IMG/VR virus record: IMGVR_UViG_3300014201_000023
Span: 1 to 28,656 of that record
Origin: a virus
Lineage: Duplodnaviria; Caudoviricetes
DNA: 28,656 nt
Strand: one strand, 5' to 3'
Under the pieces are notes generated by a model that saw only the letters and a list, made by a program, of their open reading frames with translations, was not told the origin of the DNA and made no database searches. The position numbers and the translations under genes are program-made. The stretch's first letter is position 1; each line of letters begins with the position of its first letter. Of the stretch, positions 7,287-15,412 are shown in pieces.

Positions 7287-8357
7287 ATGTCGCTAGAGAA
7301 CCCGACCGGCGTCAACGCGTTCAATGGCCTTTCGGACGATGCGAAGGGGGCCGCAGCCTTTGAAGGGCTGTGGAATGCCGGGGCCTTCAACCCGGACGGC
7401 AAACCCGACGCGGCCCAAGGCCAGCAGGCGCCCGAGCCGCAGCGCCGCCAGGAGGCGCAGGCCGAGACTCCGGCCGCCGGCGAGGAGCCGCCGGACCCGG
7501 CAGCTGTCCCGGCAGAGCCCGAGGCGGAAGGCCCGGAATACCAGAACCTAAGCGAATACCTGACCAAAGCGGGCGTGCAGCCCGATTCCTTCTACCAGCT
7601 GCCGGTGGAGGTGAAGATCGACGGTCAGGTCAAGGCCGTGCCGCTCGCGGATGTGATCAAGTCCTATCAGCTCGAGGGACACGTTCACAACAAATCCGCC
7701 GCGCTCGCCGAGCAGCAACGCACTTTTGAGGCCGAGCGCGCGCAGGCCATTCAGCTGTGGGGCGATCAGATCAAGCAGGCGCAGGCGCTTGGCAATCTCG
7801 CGCATCAGCAACTGCTCGCCGAGTTCCAGGGGATTGACTGGAACAGGCTTCGCACCGAGAACCCGACGCAGTGGGCAGTGCTCAATACGGATTTCAACAA
7901 TCGCGCCGCGCAGATCCAGCAGCATTTGCAGCAGATGCAGTTGCAGGAGCAGCAGCGCACGCAAATGCAGCAGCAGGAGATTGCCAAGACGCTGCCGCGG
8001 GAGCGCGACAAGATGCTCGAGGCGCGCCCGGAGTGGCGCGATGAGAAACAGTTTCAAGCCGCACGTCAGGACATGAGTTCTTACGCGCGCAAGTTGGGGT
8101 TCACCGATGCCGAGATTTCCGGCGTACTCGATCACCGCATCATGCTGGCACTGCACGATGCGGCACGATACGCCGCGCTCCAAGCACAGGCCCCGGCGGC
8201 GCTGAAGCGAGTCCGTACCGCGCCCCAACAGGCGCAGGGCGGCGCGCGGCAAGCACGCGACCCGAAAGAGGTCGCCCGTCAACAGGCCAAGTCAGCGTTT
8301 CAGAAGAACATCCGCGACCCGGACGCCCAGGCGCGCTACTTCGATACGCTCGTATAA
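7287..8357 (+). CDS. Capsid scaffolding protein
   Basis: Acidic Pro-rich N-terminus, VKIDG..V.L...IKSYQ, IDWNRLRTENP, GFTDAEI..V.DHR motifs, coiled coil; directly before the capsid gene. Confidence 0.88.
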   Translation: MSLENPTGVNAFNGLSDDAKGAAAFEGLWNAGAFNPDGKPDAAQGQQAPEPQRRQEAQAETPAAGEEPPDPAAVPAEPEAEGPEYQNLSEYLTKAGVQPDSFYQLPVEVKIDGQVKAVPLADVIKSYQLEGHVHNKSAALAEQQRTFEAERAQAIQLWGDQIKQAQALGNLAHQQLLAEFQGIDWNRLRTENPTQWAVLNTDFNNRAAQIQQHLQQMQLQEQQRTQMQQQEIAKTLPRERDKMLEARPEWRDEKQFQAARQDMSSYARKLGFTDAEISGVLDHRIMLALHDAARYAALQAQAPAALKRVRTAPQQAQGGARQARDPKEVARQQAKSAFQKNIRDPDAQARYFDTLV

Positions 8358-8369
8358 GGAGCTTTTCCC

Positions 8370-9362
8370 GTGACCGTCCCGACAAATACCTACACGATCT
8401 ACCCGCAGACCAACATTCGGGAAGATTTGATCGATGCCATTTACAACGTCGATCCGTTCAAGACGCCGCTGTTCAACATGGCGAAGAAGGCCGAGGCCAA
8501 ACAGACCTATCATGAGTGGGATCTCGATCAGCTCGCCTCGCAGAACCTCGCGAATGCGGCGGTCGAAGGCGATAACCCGACCAACATCGCGCTCACCCCG
8601 ACGGTGCGCGTCGGCAATTACCTGCAGATCTCAAACAAGACGATTCAGATCTCCGGCACCAGCCAGTCCGTGATTGCGGCAGGCGGCTCGAACAAGATGG
8701 GCTATCAGCTGCTCAAGAAGTCGAAGGAGCTGAAGCGCGACATCGAAGGCATTCTGACCTACAACCAAGCACGCTCCTCGGGCTCGAGCTCAACCGCGCG
8801 GAACCTGGGCGGCCTGCCTTGCTGGCTCACGATCAATCCCGTCTTTCAGTCCACGGGCGGCGGTGCGAACCCGACGCAGGTCAATGGCTTCGGCAACGGC
8901 GCGACCACGCGCACCTATTCGACGTCGCCCACCGCGATCACGGAAGCGCAGCTCAAGCAGGCGCTGCAGAACGTGTACAAGAACTCGGGCGAGAGCCCGG
9001 AATATGCGCTGGTGAGCCCGGCCAACAAGCAGAACATCTCGGCATTCTCTGGCCCCGGCACCCGCTTCATCGAGGTCGAAGACTCAACGCTGATGACGAA
9101 GGTCGATGTGTATGAGTCGGACTTTGGCGAAGTGAAGATGATCCCCGACATCTTCCTGGCGCCGCATACGGTCTCCTCGACGCTCTATACGGATGTGCTT
9201 TTGATCAATCCGAACTACATCCGCGTGGCGTACCTGAGGCCCTTTCAGACGATTCCGCTCGCGAAGACGGGCGACTCGGACCAGAAAATGCTGCTCGTCG
9301 AGTACACGCTCGAGGTGGGGAATGAGAAGGCGCATGGCGCCATCTACGATTCCACGGGTTAA
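8370..9362 (+). CDS. Major capsid protein (DUF5309/SU10-like, HK97 fold)
   Basis: REDL.D.IY...P..TP, HEW..D.L, GNY.QI..K...ISGT, KELKRDIE, VDVYESDFG, LRPF....LAKTGD; TAAGGAG SD. Confidence 0.93.
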   Translation: MTVPTNTYTIYPQTNIREDLIDAIYNVDPFKTPLFNMAKKAEAKQTYHEWDLDQLASQNLANAAVEGDNPTNIALTPTVRVGNYLQISNKTIQISGTSQSVIAAGGSNKMGYQLLKKSKELKRDIEGILTYNQARSSGSSSTARNLGGLPCWLTINPVFQSTGGGANPTQVNGFGNGATTRTYSTSPTAITEAQLKQALQNVYKNSGESPEYALVSPANKQNISAFSGPGTRFIEVEDSTLMTKVDVYESDFGEVKMIPDIFLAPHTVSSTLYTDVLLINPNYIRVAYLRPFQTIPLAKTGDSDQKMLLVEYTLEVGNEKAHGAIYDSTG

Positions 9363-9371
9363 CGGTCGATC

Positions 9372-9421
9372 ATCCGACGCGAATCTCCCCCTGTCGTTGC
9401 ATCCCCATTCAGTCGTCGGAT
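9372..9421 (+). other. Stem-loop with C-rich loop in the capsid 3' UTR
   Basis: ATCCGACG-C-GAAT pairs with ATTC-AGT-CGTCGGAT around CTCCCCCTGTCGTTGCATCCCC. Confidence 0.55.
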
Positions 9422-9426
9422 CACTC

Positions 9427-9454
9427 GCGGGGGCTTCAAGGCCCCCGCTTTTTT
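9427..9454 (+). terminator. Rho-independent terminator after the major capsid gene
   Basis: GCGGGGGC-TTCAAG-GCCCCCGC followed by TTTTTT. Confidence 0.9.
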
Positions 9455-9467
9455 AAGGAGTGAGTGA

Positions 9468-9809
9468 ATGAGCAAGGGTTACACACCAAAGCCGTGGCGG
9501 CCGATTCCCGGCTCCGGGCAATCTCTATCGCTCACATCGGGGACTGCTGCGACGTTCGCGAATGCATTGGGCGCCGCGGCCTTCGGTGCGGCCACCTATG
9601 CTTTTGCGATCAGGCTCTCGCCCGCCGCGACCGCCTATATTGCGACCGTCACCGTCACGAAAGCGGGGACCGCGGCGACGGCCAGCACGGATTACCCCAT
9701 TTCGAGTTCAGATTATTCCCAAGTCATCGGGTGCGCGCCGGGCGACAAGGTGAGCGTGTATCAGGCTTCGGGCTCGACGCAGACCGCATACCTCTGCGAA
9801 TTGACGTGA
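9468..9809 (+). CDS. Small beta-rich virion protein (putative capsid decoration)
   Basis: TAAGGAG SD; T/A-rich; AT..DYPI...PGDKVSV...AYLCEL pattern of post-capsid genes. Confidence 0.65.
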   Translation: MSKGYTPKPWRPIPGSGQSLSLTSGTAATFANALGAAAFGAATYAFAIRLSPAATAYIATVTVTKAGTAATASTDYPISSSDYSQVIGCAPGDKVSVYQASGSTQTAYLCELT

Positions 9810-10144
9810 ACGACAAGGCGCAAGTGCTCGATAGCACCCTGCAGACGACGGTGCTCGAGGATGATGCGCAAGTCGTGGTGCGCTCCTATCAGGATGTCGA
9901 GCCGCACTTAGAGTACTGCGAGCGCGTGCGCCGCGTCGATGCGGAGGATCGCGGCGCCTTCGGCAAGCATGCGGATTTTCATCAGACGATGTCGGTCCCC
10001 TTCAACGTCATTTTGGAGATCGCGCAGAAGCTGGGCATTTCTTTTGCGAACGTCTTCGATTCGGAGTGTCAGAAGAGGATCATTCGCGAATTGAAGAGCG
10101 GCGAGTACAAGCGCTTTCGCACGACGAACGATAAGAACATTTGA
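9806..10144 (+). CDS. Conserved podoviral hypothetical protein (112 aa)
   Basis: GTGA coupling at 9806; QDVEP.LE...S.P...EY..FRT pattern. Confidence 0.75.
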   Translation: MNDKAQVLDSTLQTTVLEDDAQVVVRSYQDVEPHLEYCERVRRVDAEDRGAFGKHADFHQTMSVPFNVILEIAQKLGISFANVFDSECQKRIIRELKSGEYKRFRTTNDKNI

Positions 10145-10153
10145 GCGCGCATC

Positions 10154-11056
10154 GTGTCGACCATCGTCGATTACAACTCACTCACGCAGGCGATCACGGA
10201 TTTCACGCATCGCTCGGACCTTGCCGCGGGTGTCTATACCGATTATTTCATCCAGGGCGCGATCGAGAAGATTCAGAACGACATCTTCGCTGAGAACTTC
10301 GGCAATGGTATTCAGTTTCAGGAAAACTCCTACCCCCCGACCGTGATCACGAACGGCGTGGCGCCGGTGCCGAATGACTGGCTTGCGCCCAAGCTCATGA
10401 CGGTCTCGGATGGCTCCGGGGATGTGTTCACGCTCATCTGGAAAGCCGCGGCGTGGATCTACGACCAGTACCCGGTGCGGCAGGCCGAAGGATTACCGGC
10501 CTATATCGCGCGCGATGTATCGGCGGGATCGGTTTTCCCCACCTATTCGAACTATCTGTCCTTCACGTGCACGGCGGGCCAGACTGCTTTTACGCTCACG
10601 GGAGGGCCTTCGACACCCGTGCTCTTTGTCTCGCTGGCGGGGCAGGTCATGGTGCCGGGCACCGATTACACGATTGCCGCGGGCGTGCTCACGCTCGGCT
10701 CCGGGGCCGTCGCTGGGCAGACCCTGCTCATCCAATATGCGCCTTTTGAAAACCTCACCGCCTCGAACGCATCGAGCTTCATTTTCGCGCCTTACCCCGA
10801 CAGCGCTTACACCATTCAGGGCACCTACTATCAGAACTGTCCGATGCTTTCGAGCACGCAGGCTACCAATTGGATGGTACTCAACTGCCCGACGCTCCTG
10901 CACGCGGCGTGCATGATCAAAGCGGGCGAGTTTTTGCTGAACGATCAGATGGTCGCGCGCTGGGATACTCTGTATCAGCCGCGACTCATTGCGCTCGTCA
11001 ATCGCGACAAGGCCGAGCGCTGGGGTGCGAGCACGATGCAGATCGAGCTCGGTTGA
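10154..11056 (+). CDS. Head-tail adaptor (tail tubular A-like) with an inserted beta-domain
   Basis: I.DY..L...I.D...R.DL N-terminus, G.P.Y, FAP.PD.AY.I...YY, TNW.....P.L C-terminal part; extra ~86 aa at about 10517-10774. Confidence 0.8.
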   Translation: MSTIVDYNSLTQAITDFTHRSDLAAGVYTDYFIQGAIEKIQNDIFAENFGNGIQFQENSYPPTVITNGVAPVPNDWLAPKLMTVSDGSGDVFTLIWKAAAWIYDQYPVRQAEGLPAYIARDVSAGSVFPTYSNYLSFTCTAGQTAFTLTGGPSTPVLFVSLAGQVMVPGTDYTIAAGVLTLGSGAVAGQTLLIQYAPFENLTASNASSFIFAPYPDSAYTIQGTYYQNCPMLSSTQATNWMVLNCPTLLHAACMIKAGEFLLNDQMVARWDTLYQPRLIALVNRDKAERWGASTMQIELG

Positions 11057-11059
11057 GCC

Positions 11060-11797
11060 ATGCCGCAGCCGCTCGACATACTCTTTGGTCCCTGGGCGCC
11101 CGATCTGCAGAATGTTCCGCAGCAACTCAACGCAGCGCCCGGACCTCAGATGGTCCCGAGCGCGGACTGCTTGAACGTCTACTATCAGGATGGCGCGTAT
11201 CGCTGTCTGCCGGCGCCGGCTGCCACCGGGCCGGCCCTCACCGCGCAAGTCTTGGGAGCCTTCACCTACTACGACGATGTGGCGGGCAAAGAAATCGTCT
11301 TCGCGGGCACCGCAGCGGGAATGAACGAATTGTTGGATGGGGCCTGGAGCGCCATCCCCTTCACGACCACCGGCATCGTGTATCTTTCGGGCATTCCGCT
11401 TCTGCTTACTCAGGGCTCGCCCTTGCTCGGGTATTTGGGGACCATGACGGCCGGCAACTGGCACGGTGTCAGCACCTCAGAGGTGGGTTACGATACCGTG
11501 CGCTCGATCGGGTCGATATCGCCCGTGGATGATGTTAACGGCTATAAGATCGGCCAGGTTTATGATTTCAACTCCTCATCGGGCACCAGTTTCATTTTCA
11601 GCATTGGCACCTATGCGACGCCCGCGCCCAACTTGGGAGCGAGTTATTTTCAGGAAGTATATCTGTCGAGTCTGAGCGCGACATTCCTCGCTTCCGCGGC
11701 GTCCTATTCTTTCAGCAGCGGCGTCAACTCCTGGCAGTGGAGCACGGCCGCGGGATTCGTCACCGGCACTAATTACCCCGTCGAGATCATCTACTAA
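11060..11797 (+). CDS. Tail nozzle N-terminal part (~99 aa) fused to an unrelated beta-rich C-terminal domain
   Basis: FGPWAPD...NV....G.YR.LP...GAF...VFAGT...W matches the nozzle N-terminus; the remainder is an aromatic S/T/G-rich domain. Confidence 0.7.
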   Translation: MPQPLDILFGPWAPDLQNVPQQLNAAPGPQMVPSADCLNVYYQDGAYRCLPAPAATGPALTAQVLGAFTYYDDVAGKEIVFAGTAAGMNELLDGAWSAIPFTTTGIVYLSGIPLLLTQGSPLLGYLGTMTAGNWHGVSTSEVGYDTVRSIGSISPVDDVNGYKIGQVYDFNSSSGTSFIFSIGTYATPAPNLGASYFQEVYLSSLSATFLASAASYSFSSGVNSWQWSTAAGFVTGTNYPVEIIY

Positions 11798-13209
11798 TGA
11801 GCGTCGGGGCGACCTCTTGGAGTTTCGCGGCGATGAATCAGTACGTCGCGATGATCCCGTACACGCAAAACGGCTATAACACGGGGCCATATTTGTGGGC
11901 GAATCAGGGCGCGAGCAATGCGATCTCCCGTCCTTCGGGCGCGCCTGGGTGCCGGGTAGGCGCGACGGTCGGACAGTTCTTGATGCTGGGGGATCTCTTT
12001 CAGACGATCTCGACGACACTGTTCACCGGCAATGGCTCGCAGAATTCCTACTCGGGATACGTGCCCATCCCGATGCTATCCCTGGGCTCGATCGCGGATT
12101 CTGCCGGCGATTTGACTGGCACGCTCAATGCCAATGGGACCGTGACCGGAACGGGCTATCTCTCGACGGGCTCGATCAACTTTGCGACCGGCGCCCTCTC
12201 GCTCACCTTCTCCACCGCGCCCCCGAACGCCGATATCGTGAGCGCCTTGACGACGCAGTTCGCGCCCTACCGGGTGTGGTGGAGCGCGATTGGAGACCCC
12301 ACCAACTGGCCCACCCCGCTCACCGCCAATGCGATCGCCTTCCAATCGGGATATCAGGATTTGGACCCGGCCTTGGGGCCCGTGATGTTCATCGCGGGCT
12401 ATCCGCTCTACGGCCTGATTTTCCAGCGCTTCGGCATCACGTTGAGCTCCTATCAGGGTGGCAATGTGGTGTTCTCCTTCGGCACCTATGAGCGCGCACA
12501 CGGGCTGATTGCGCACGGTGCTGCGGTCAAGGTGTCGGGAACGGTCTACTTTTTGGCCGATGACGGGTTCTATGCGACCGATGGCGCGAACGTGGCACCG
12601 ATCGGGACGGCGCCTGATAATTCGGCGGGCATCGATAACTGGTTCTGGGCAAACGTGAACCAGAATGCGCTCGAGGCGATTCGCTCGGGGTATGATCCGG
12701 TCAAGCGGTGCGTCTTTTGGGCGATCCCGACGGGCGCCAATACGCTGCCCGACACGCTCCTCGCCTATAATATTCTCGCGCAGCGTTGGACGCGATCGAG
12801 CGTGGCGAGCGAGTGCATCTGGACTTCGGACAATGGGGCGGATAACTCCCCCGGCACGCGCCAGGTGCTCGGCGTGTTCGATCAGACGCACACGCCGAAT
12901 TTGCTCAATGGCGCAACGCTCACTGGGTACTTGGAATCCTGCGACCTGTTCATTGCCGATGCGAATCGGCGCTTTACCTCCGGCGTGCGTGCGCAGATTC
13001 AGTGCACGGATAACCCCATTGTGACCTTGGGGGCGCGCGAGGGCGTGCAATCGCAGATCCTCTACAATGCCGGAACCAATCCCGACCCCTTCTCGCTGAT
13101 CGCCCCGCAGCTCGTCTCGGCGCTCTACACGCGCGCGCGGCTCGCCTCAGGGGCGGCGAGCGCGATATCGGGCGTGACCTTATTGCAGGAAGTGGAGGGA
13201 CCGCTATGA
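11797..13209 (+). CDS. Tail nozzle / stabilisation protein (tubular B-like beta-propeller), remaining part
   Basis: WSFA..N.YV, VGQFL.LG, PYRVWWSAIGDPT.W, YQDL....G.V, GLIFQ, VYFLADDGFY, LLAYN....RW; TAATG overlap with the upstream ORF. Confidence 0.8.
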   Translation: MSVGATSWSFAAMNQYVAMIPYTQNGYNTGPYLWANQGASNAISRPSGAPGCRVGATVGQFLMLGDLFQTISTTLFTGNGSQNSYSGYVPIPMLSLGSIADSAGDLTGTLNANGTVTGTGYLSTGSINFATGALSLTFSTAPPNADIVSALTTQFAPYRVWWSAIGDPTNWPTPLTANAIAFQSGYQDLDPALGPVMFIAGYPLYGLIFQRFGITLSSYQGGNVVFSFGTYERAHGLIAHGAAVKVSGTVYFLADDGFYATDGANVAPIGTAPDNSAGIDNWFWANVNQNALEAIRSGYDPVKRCVFWAIPTGANTLPDTLLAYNILAQRWTRSSVASECIWTSDNGADNSPGTRQVLGVFDQTHTPNLLNGATLTGYLESCDLFIADANRRFTSGVRAQIQCTDNPIVTLGAREGVQSQILYNAGTNPDPFSLIAPQLVSALYTRARLASGAASAISGVTLLQEVEGPL

Positions 13210-13394
13210 AGGTGATGACGACCAAAGGATTGATTGAGGCGGCGGACCTTGACCCCCAAGATTTCATCACCTGGAGCGATAACGCGCGCGTCATCGCGAC
13301 CGAGTGGCGCCTGCAGGGCGAGCTCGTGCGCCGGGATGTGTGGGTGAGCGCGTTGCGGCCGATCGAAGGGGAGGCCAAGATTCATGCCAGCTAG
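13206..13394 (+). CDS. Small conserved phage protein
   Basis: GGAGG SD, ATGA coupling; TTKG...E.W...GELV.R pattern. Confidence 0.7.
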   Translation: MKVMTTKGLIEAADLDPQDFITWSDNARVIATEWRLQGELVRRDVWVSALRPIEGEAKIHAS

Positions 13395-13845
13395 CAATGT
13401 GCAGGCCATGGCGACCTCGTTCAAGGGCGAGGTCTTGCAGGGCATCCACAATCTCGGGGTCGGTGTGACACGCGGATCGACCGCGGCCGATACCCTCAAA
13501 GCGGCGCTCTACTACCAAAACGAGGGTCTGGGGGCTTCCACGACGGCGTATTCTGCGACGGGCGAGGTCTCGGGCACCGGCTACACCGCGGGCGGCAATA
13601 CCGTCACGAACGCAACGGCCCCGGCCACCTCCGGCACCACCGCCTATTGGACGCCCTCAGCCAATCTTTCCTGGACCGGACTCACCATTTCCTCGTTGTT
13701 CGACTGCGTGCTCATCTACAATTCGACTCAAGCCAATCGTGCGATCGCGACTTTCACGTTCGCCGCGCAGACGGTCGCGGCGGGCAATTTCATCATCACC
13801 ATGCCCGTGAATGCGGCCACGAGCGCGTTGATCCAGCTCAATTGA
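13384..13845 (+). CDS. Conserved virion structural protein (153 aa)
   Basis: QAM.TSFK.E.L.G.H, KAALY, TTAYSATGEVSGTGYTAGG, LIYNS motifs common in phage tail regions. Confidence 0.75.
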   Translation: MPASNVQAMATSFKGEVLQGIHNLGVGVTRGSTAADTLKAALYYQNEGLGASTTAYSATGEVSGTGYTAGGNTVTNATAPATSGTTAYWTPSANLSWTGLTISSLFDCVLIYNSTQANRAIATFTFAAQTVAAGNFIITMPVNAATSALIQLN

Positions 13846-13851
13846 GGCGCT

Positions 13852-14250
13852 GTGCATCTGGTCCCCCAGAATCAGCTCGCGAACGTCTGGCCGCAGGTCG
13901 CGCCCTGGATTGCGGAGGCGATCAACCGGCGCGAGGGCTGGGGGGATGAGAACCTCTTGGATGTGCTCATCGCTCTCGCGCGCAACACCTATGGCCTCTG
14001 GCACGAGCCGGGAGAATTCGCCGCGGTCGTGCAACTGACCCAGATGCCCCGGCAGAGTGTCGCGACCATCGTGTATGCGGGGGGCAAAATCGACTCCCTT
14101 CCACGGCTTTGGCAAGAATCAACACGCTGGGCGCGTCAAAACGGTATCGATGTGATCCGACTCTTCGGCCGCGCGGGCTGGGAGCGGCTGCTCAATCTCG
14201 AGCGCGTCGGGGTCATTTTGCAGGCGAGGGTATCGGATGACGGGCGGTAG
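13852..14250 (+). CDS. GNAT-like (acetyltransferase-fold) virion assembly protein
   Basis: VWP.V.P.I..A, WARQNG...I...GRAGWER.L; position before ejection proteins, analogous to T7 gp13 / P22 gp14. Confidence 0.65.
   Translation: MHLVPQNQLANVWPQVAPWIAEAINRREGWGDENLLDVLIALARNTYGLWHEPGEFAAVVQLTQMPRQSVATIVYAGGKIDSLPRLWQESTRWARQNGIDVIRLFGRAGWERLLNLERVGVILQARVSDDGR
14117..14150 (+). promoter_or_regulatory. Possible fourth, intragenic copy of the late promoter upstream of the ejection genes
   Basis: AATCAACACGC (14117-14127), 17 nt, TATCGA. One mismatch in the box and the final T of the -10 is missing. Confidence 0.45.
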
Positions 14251-15019
14251 TCAAAACACAGTTTCCCAACAAACCGTTCCCAGTTGGCTCCAGCCCTACC
14301 TCACGACCTCGCTGAGTCAAGGGCAAAACCTGCTCGCCGGGGGCGGCCCGCAGTACTACCCAGGGCAGCAGGTCGCCTCCTTGAACCCGATGCAGCAGGC
14401 CGGCATTTCGGCGGTCGGAAACGAGGCCATGCAGCCCAATGCCGCGCAGACCGCCTCGAACCAGAATCAGCTGCTCGAGTCGGGGGCTTACCTGAACCCG
14501 AATACGAACCCCTATCTGGCCGGCACGCTCACCACGGCCGAGCAGGGGGTGCAGAACCCGATCACGAGTGAGTTCGGGGCGGCGGGGCGCAATGTGCTCT
14601 CGAGCGCCCCCGTGCAATCATCCGCCATGAACCAGCTCGCGAATGAGATCTACGGCGGGGCCTATCAGCAAGGCATGCAGAACATGGTGCAGGGGCAATA
14701 TGCGGCCCCTGGGCTCACCTCGGCGACCTATACGCCGGCCTCCGAGCTGCTGCAGACGGGCGCCGGGGTGCAGCAGCAGAGCCAGAACGAGATCAATGCC
14801 CTGATGCAGAAGTGGAACTACCAGCAGCAGCTGCCCGAGAACATGCTCTCCTGGTACTCGGGGCTCGTCGGCCAGAACGCCTCGCCCTTCTCGCAGGGCT
14901 CCTCGAGCACGTCGGGGTCGGTAAATCCGTGGTTGACGGGCATCGGGGCGGCGACGGCGGCGGGCGGCCTTCTTAGTTCAACCGGCGGACTGACCGCACT
15001 TGCCGGCCTATTAGCGTAA
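14237..15019 (+). CDS. DNA ejection / internal virion protein 1
   Basis: P.WLQPY, YYPGQ.VA, NPYL, Q/N-rich helices, Gly/Ala hydrophobic C-terminus; follows the GNAT-like gene. Confidence 0.72.
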   Translation: MTGGSQNTVSQQTVPSWLQPYLTTSLSQGQNLLAGGGPQYYPGQQVASLNPMQQAGISAVGNEAMQPNAAQTASNQNQLLESGAYLNPNTNPYLAGTLTTAEQGVQNPITSEFGAAGRNVLSSAPVQSSAMNQLANEIYGGAYQQGMQNMVQGQYAAPGLTSATYTPASELLQTGAGVQQQSQNEINALMQKWNYQQQLPENMLSWYSGLVGQNASPFSQGSSSTSGSVNPWLTGIGAATAAGGLLSSTGGLTALAGLLA

Positions 15020-15028
15020 GGAGTTCGT

Positions 15029-15412
15029 ATGACAGGCGGAAGCGGGAATAACAGCCAGAACGGGCAGGGGTCGAATCCCCTCTCTGGGACTCTCGCGGGG
15101 CAACAGGGCGGCACGCAGCAGATGCCCGCTTGGATGAAGGGCCTTCAGTTGGGCACCCAGATCGCGCAGCTCGGCCAGCAGCAGCGCCCCCAGGCGCCGC
15201 CCATGGCCGCGCATCCTATGATGGGACAGGGGATGCCGCAGGGCATGCCCTCGGGGGTTGTTCCAGGCACAGGCGCCATGGCGCCCCCGATGGCGCAAGG
15301 GGGGCAGATGCCCTTTGGCGGGGGGATGCAAGGCGGGGCGGGGCAGCAGATCAACCCGCAGCTGCTCGCGCAGCTGATGGCACGCCAGCGCGGCGGGCTC
15401 ATGGGCCAGTAG
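15029..15412 (+). CDS. Low-complexity Q/G/M/P-rich small protein (ejection module)
   Basis: TAAGGAG SD; almost no acidic residues. Confidence 0.7.
   Translation: MTGGSGNNSQNGQGSNPLSGTLAGQQGGTQQMPAWMKGLQLGTQIAQLGQQQRPQAPPMAAHPMMGQGMPQGMPSGVVPGTGAMAPPMAQGGQMPFGGGMQGGAGQQINPQLLAQLMARQRGGLMGQ

Noticed and set aside
11357-11797. Intron or intein explaining the nozzle interruption
   Set aside because: No intein termini (C/S...HN) or homing-endonuclease motifs. The insert is an open, structural-looking domain ending in a coupled TAATG.
10493-13050. Long minus-strand ORFs (323 and 324 aa) and similar antisense ORFs over portal and scaffold
   Set aside because: Shadows of GC-rich + strand genes with recognisable phage motifs; Arg-rich and motif-free.
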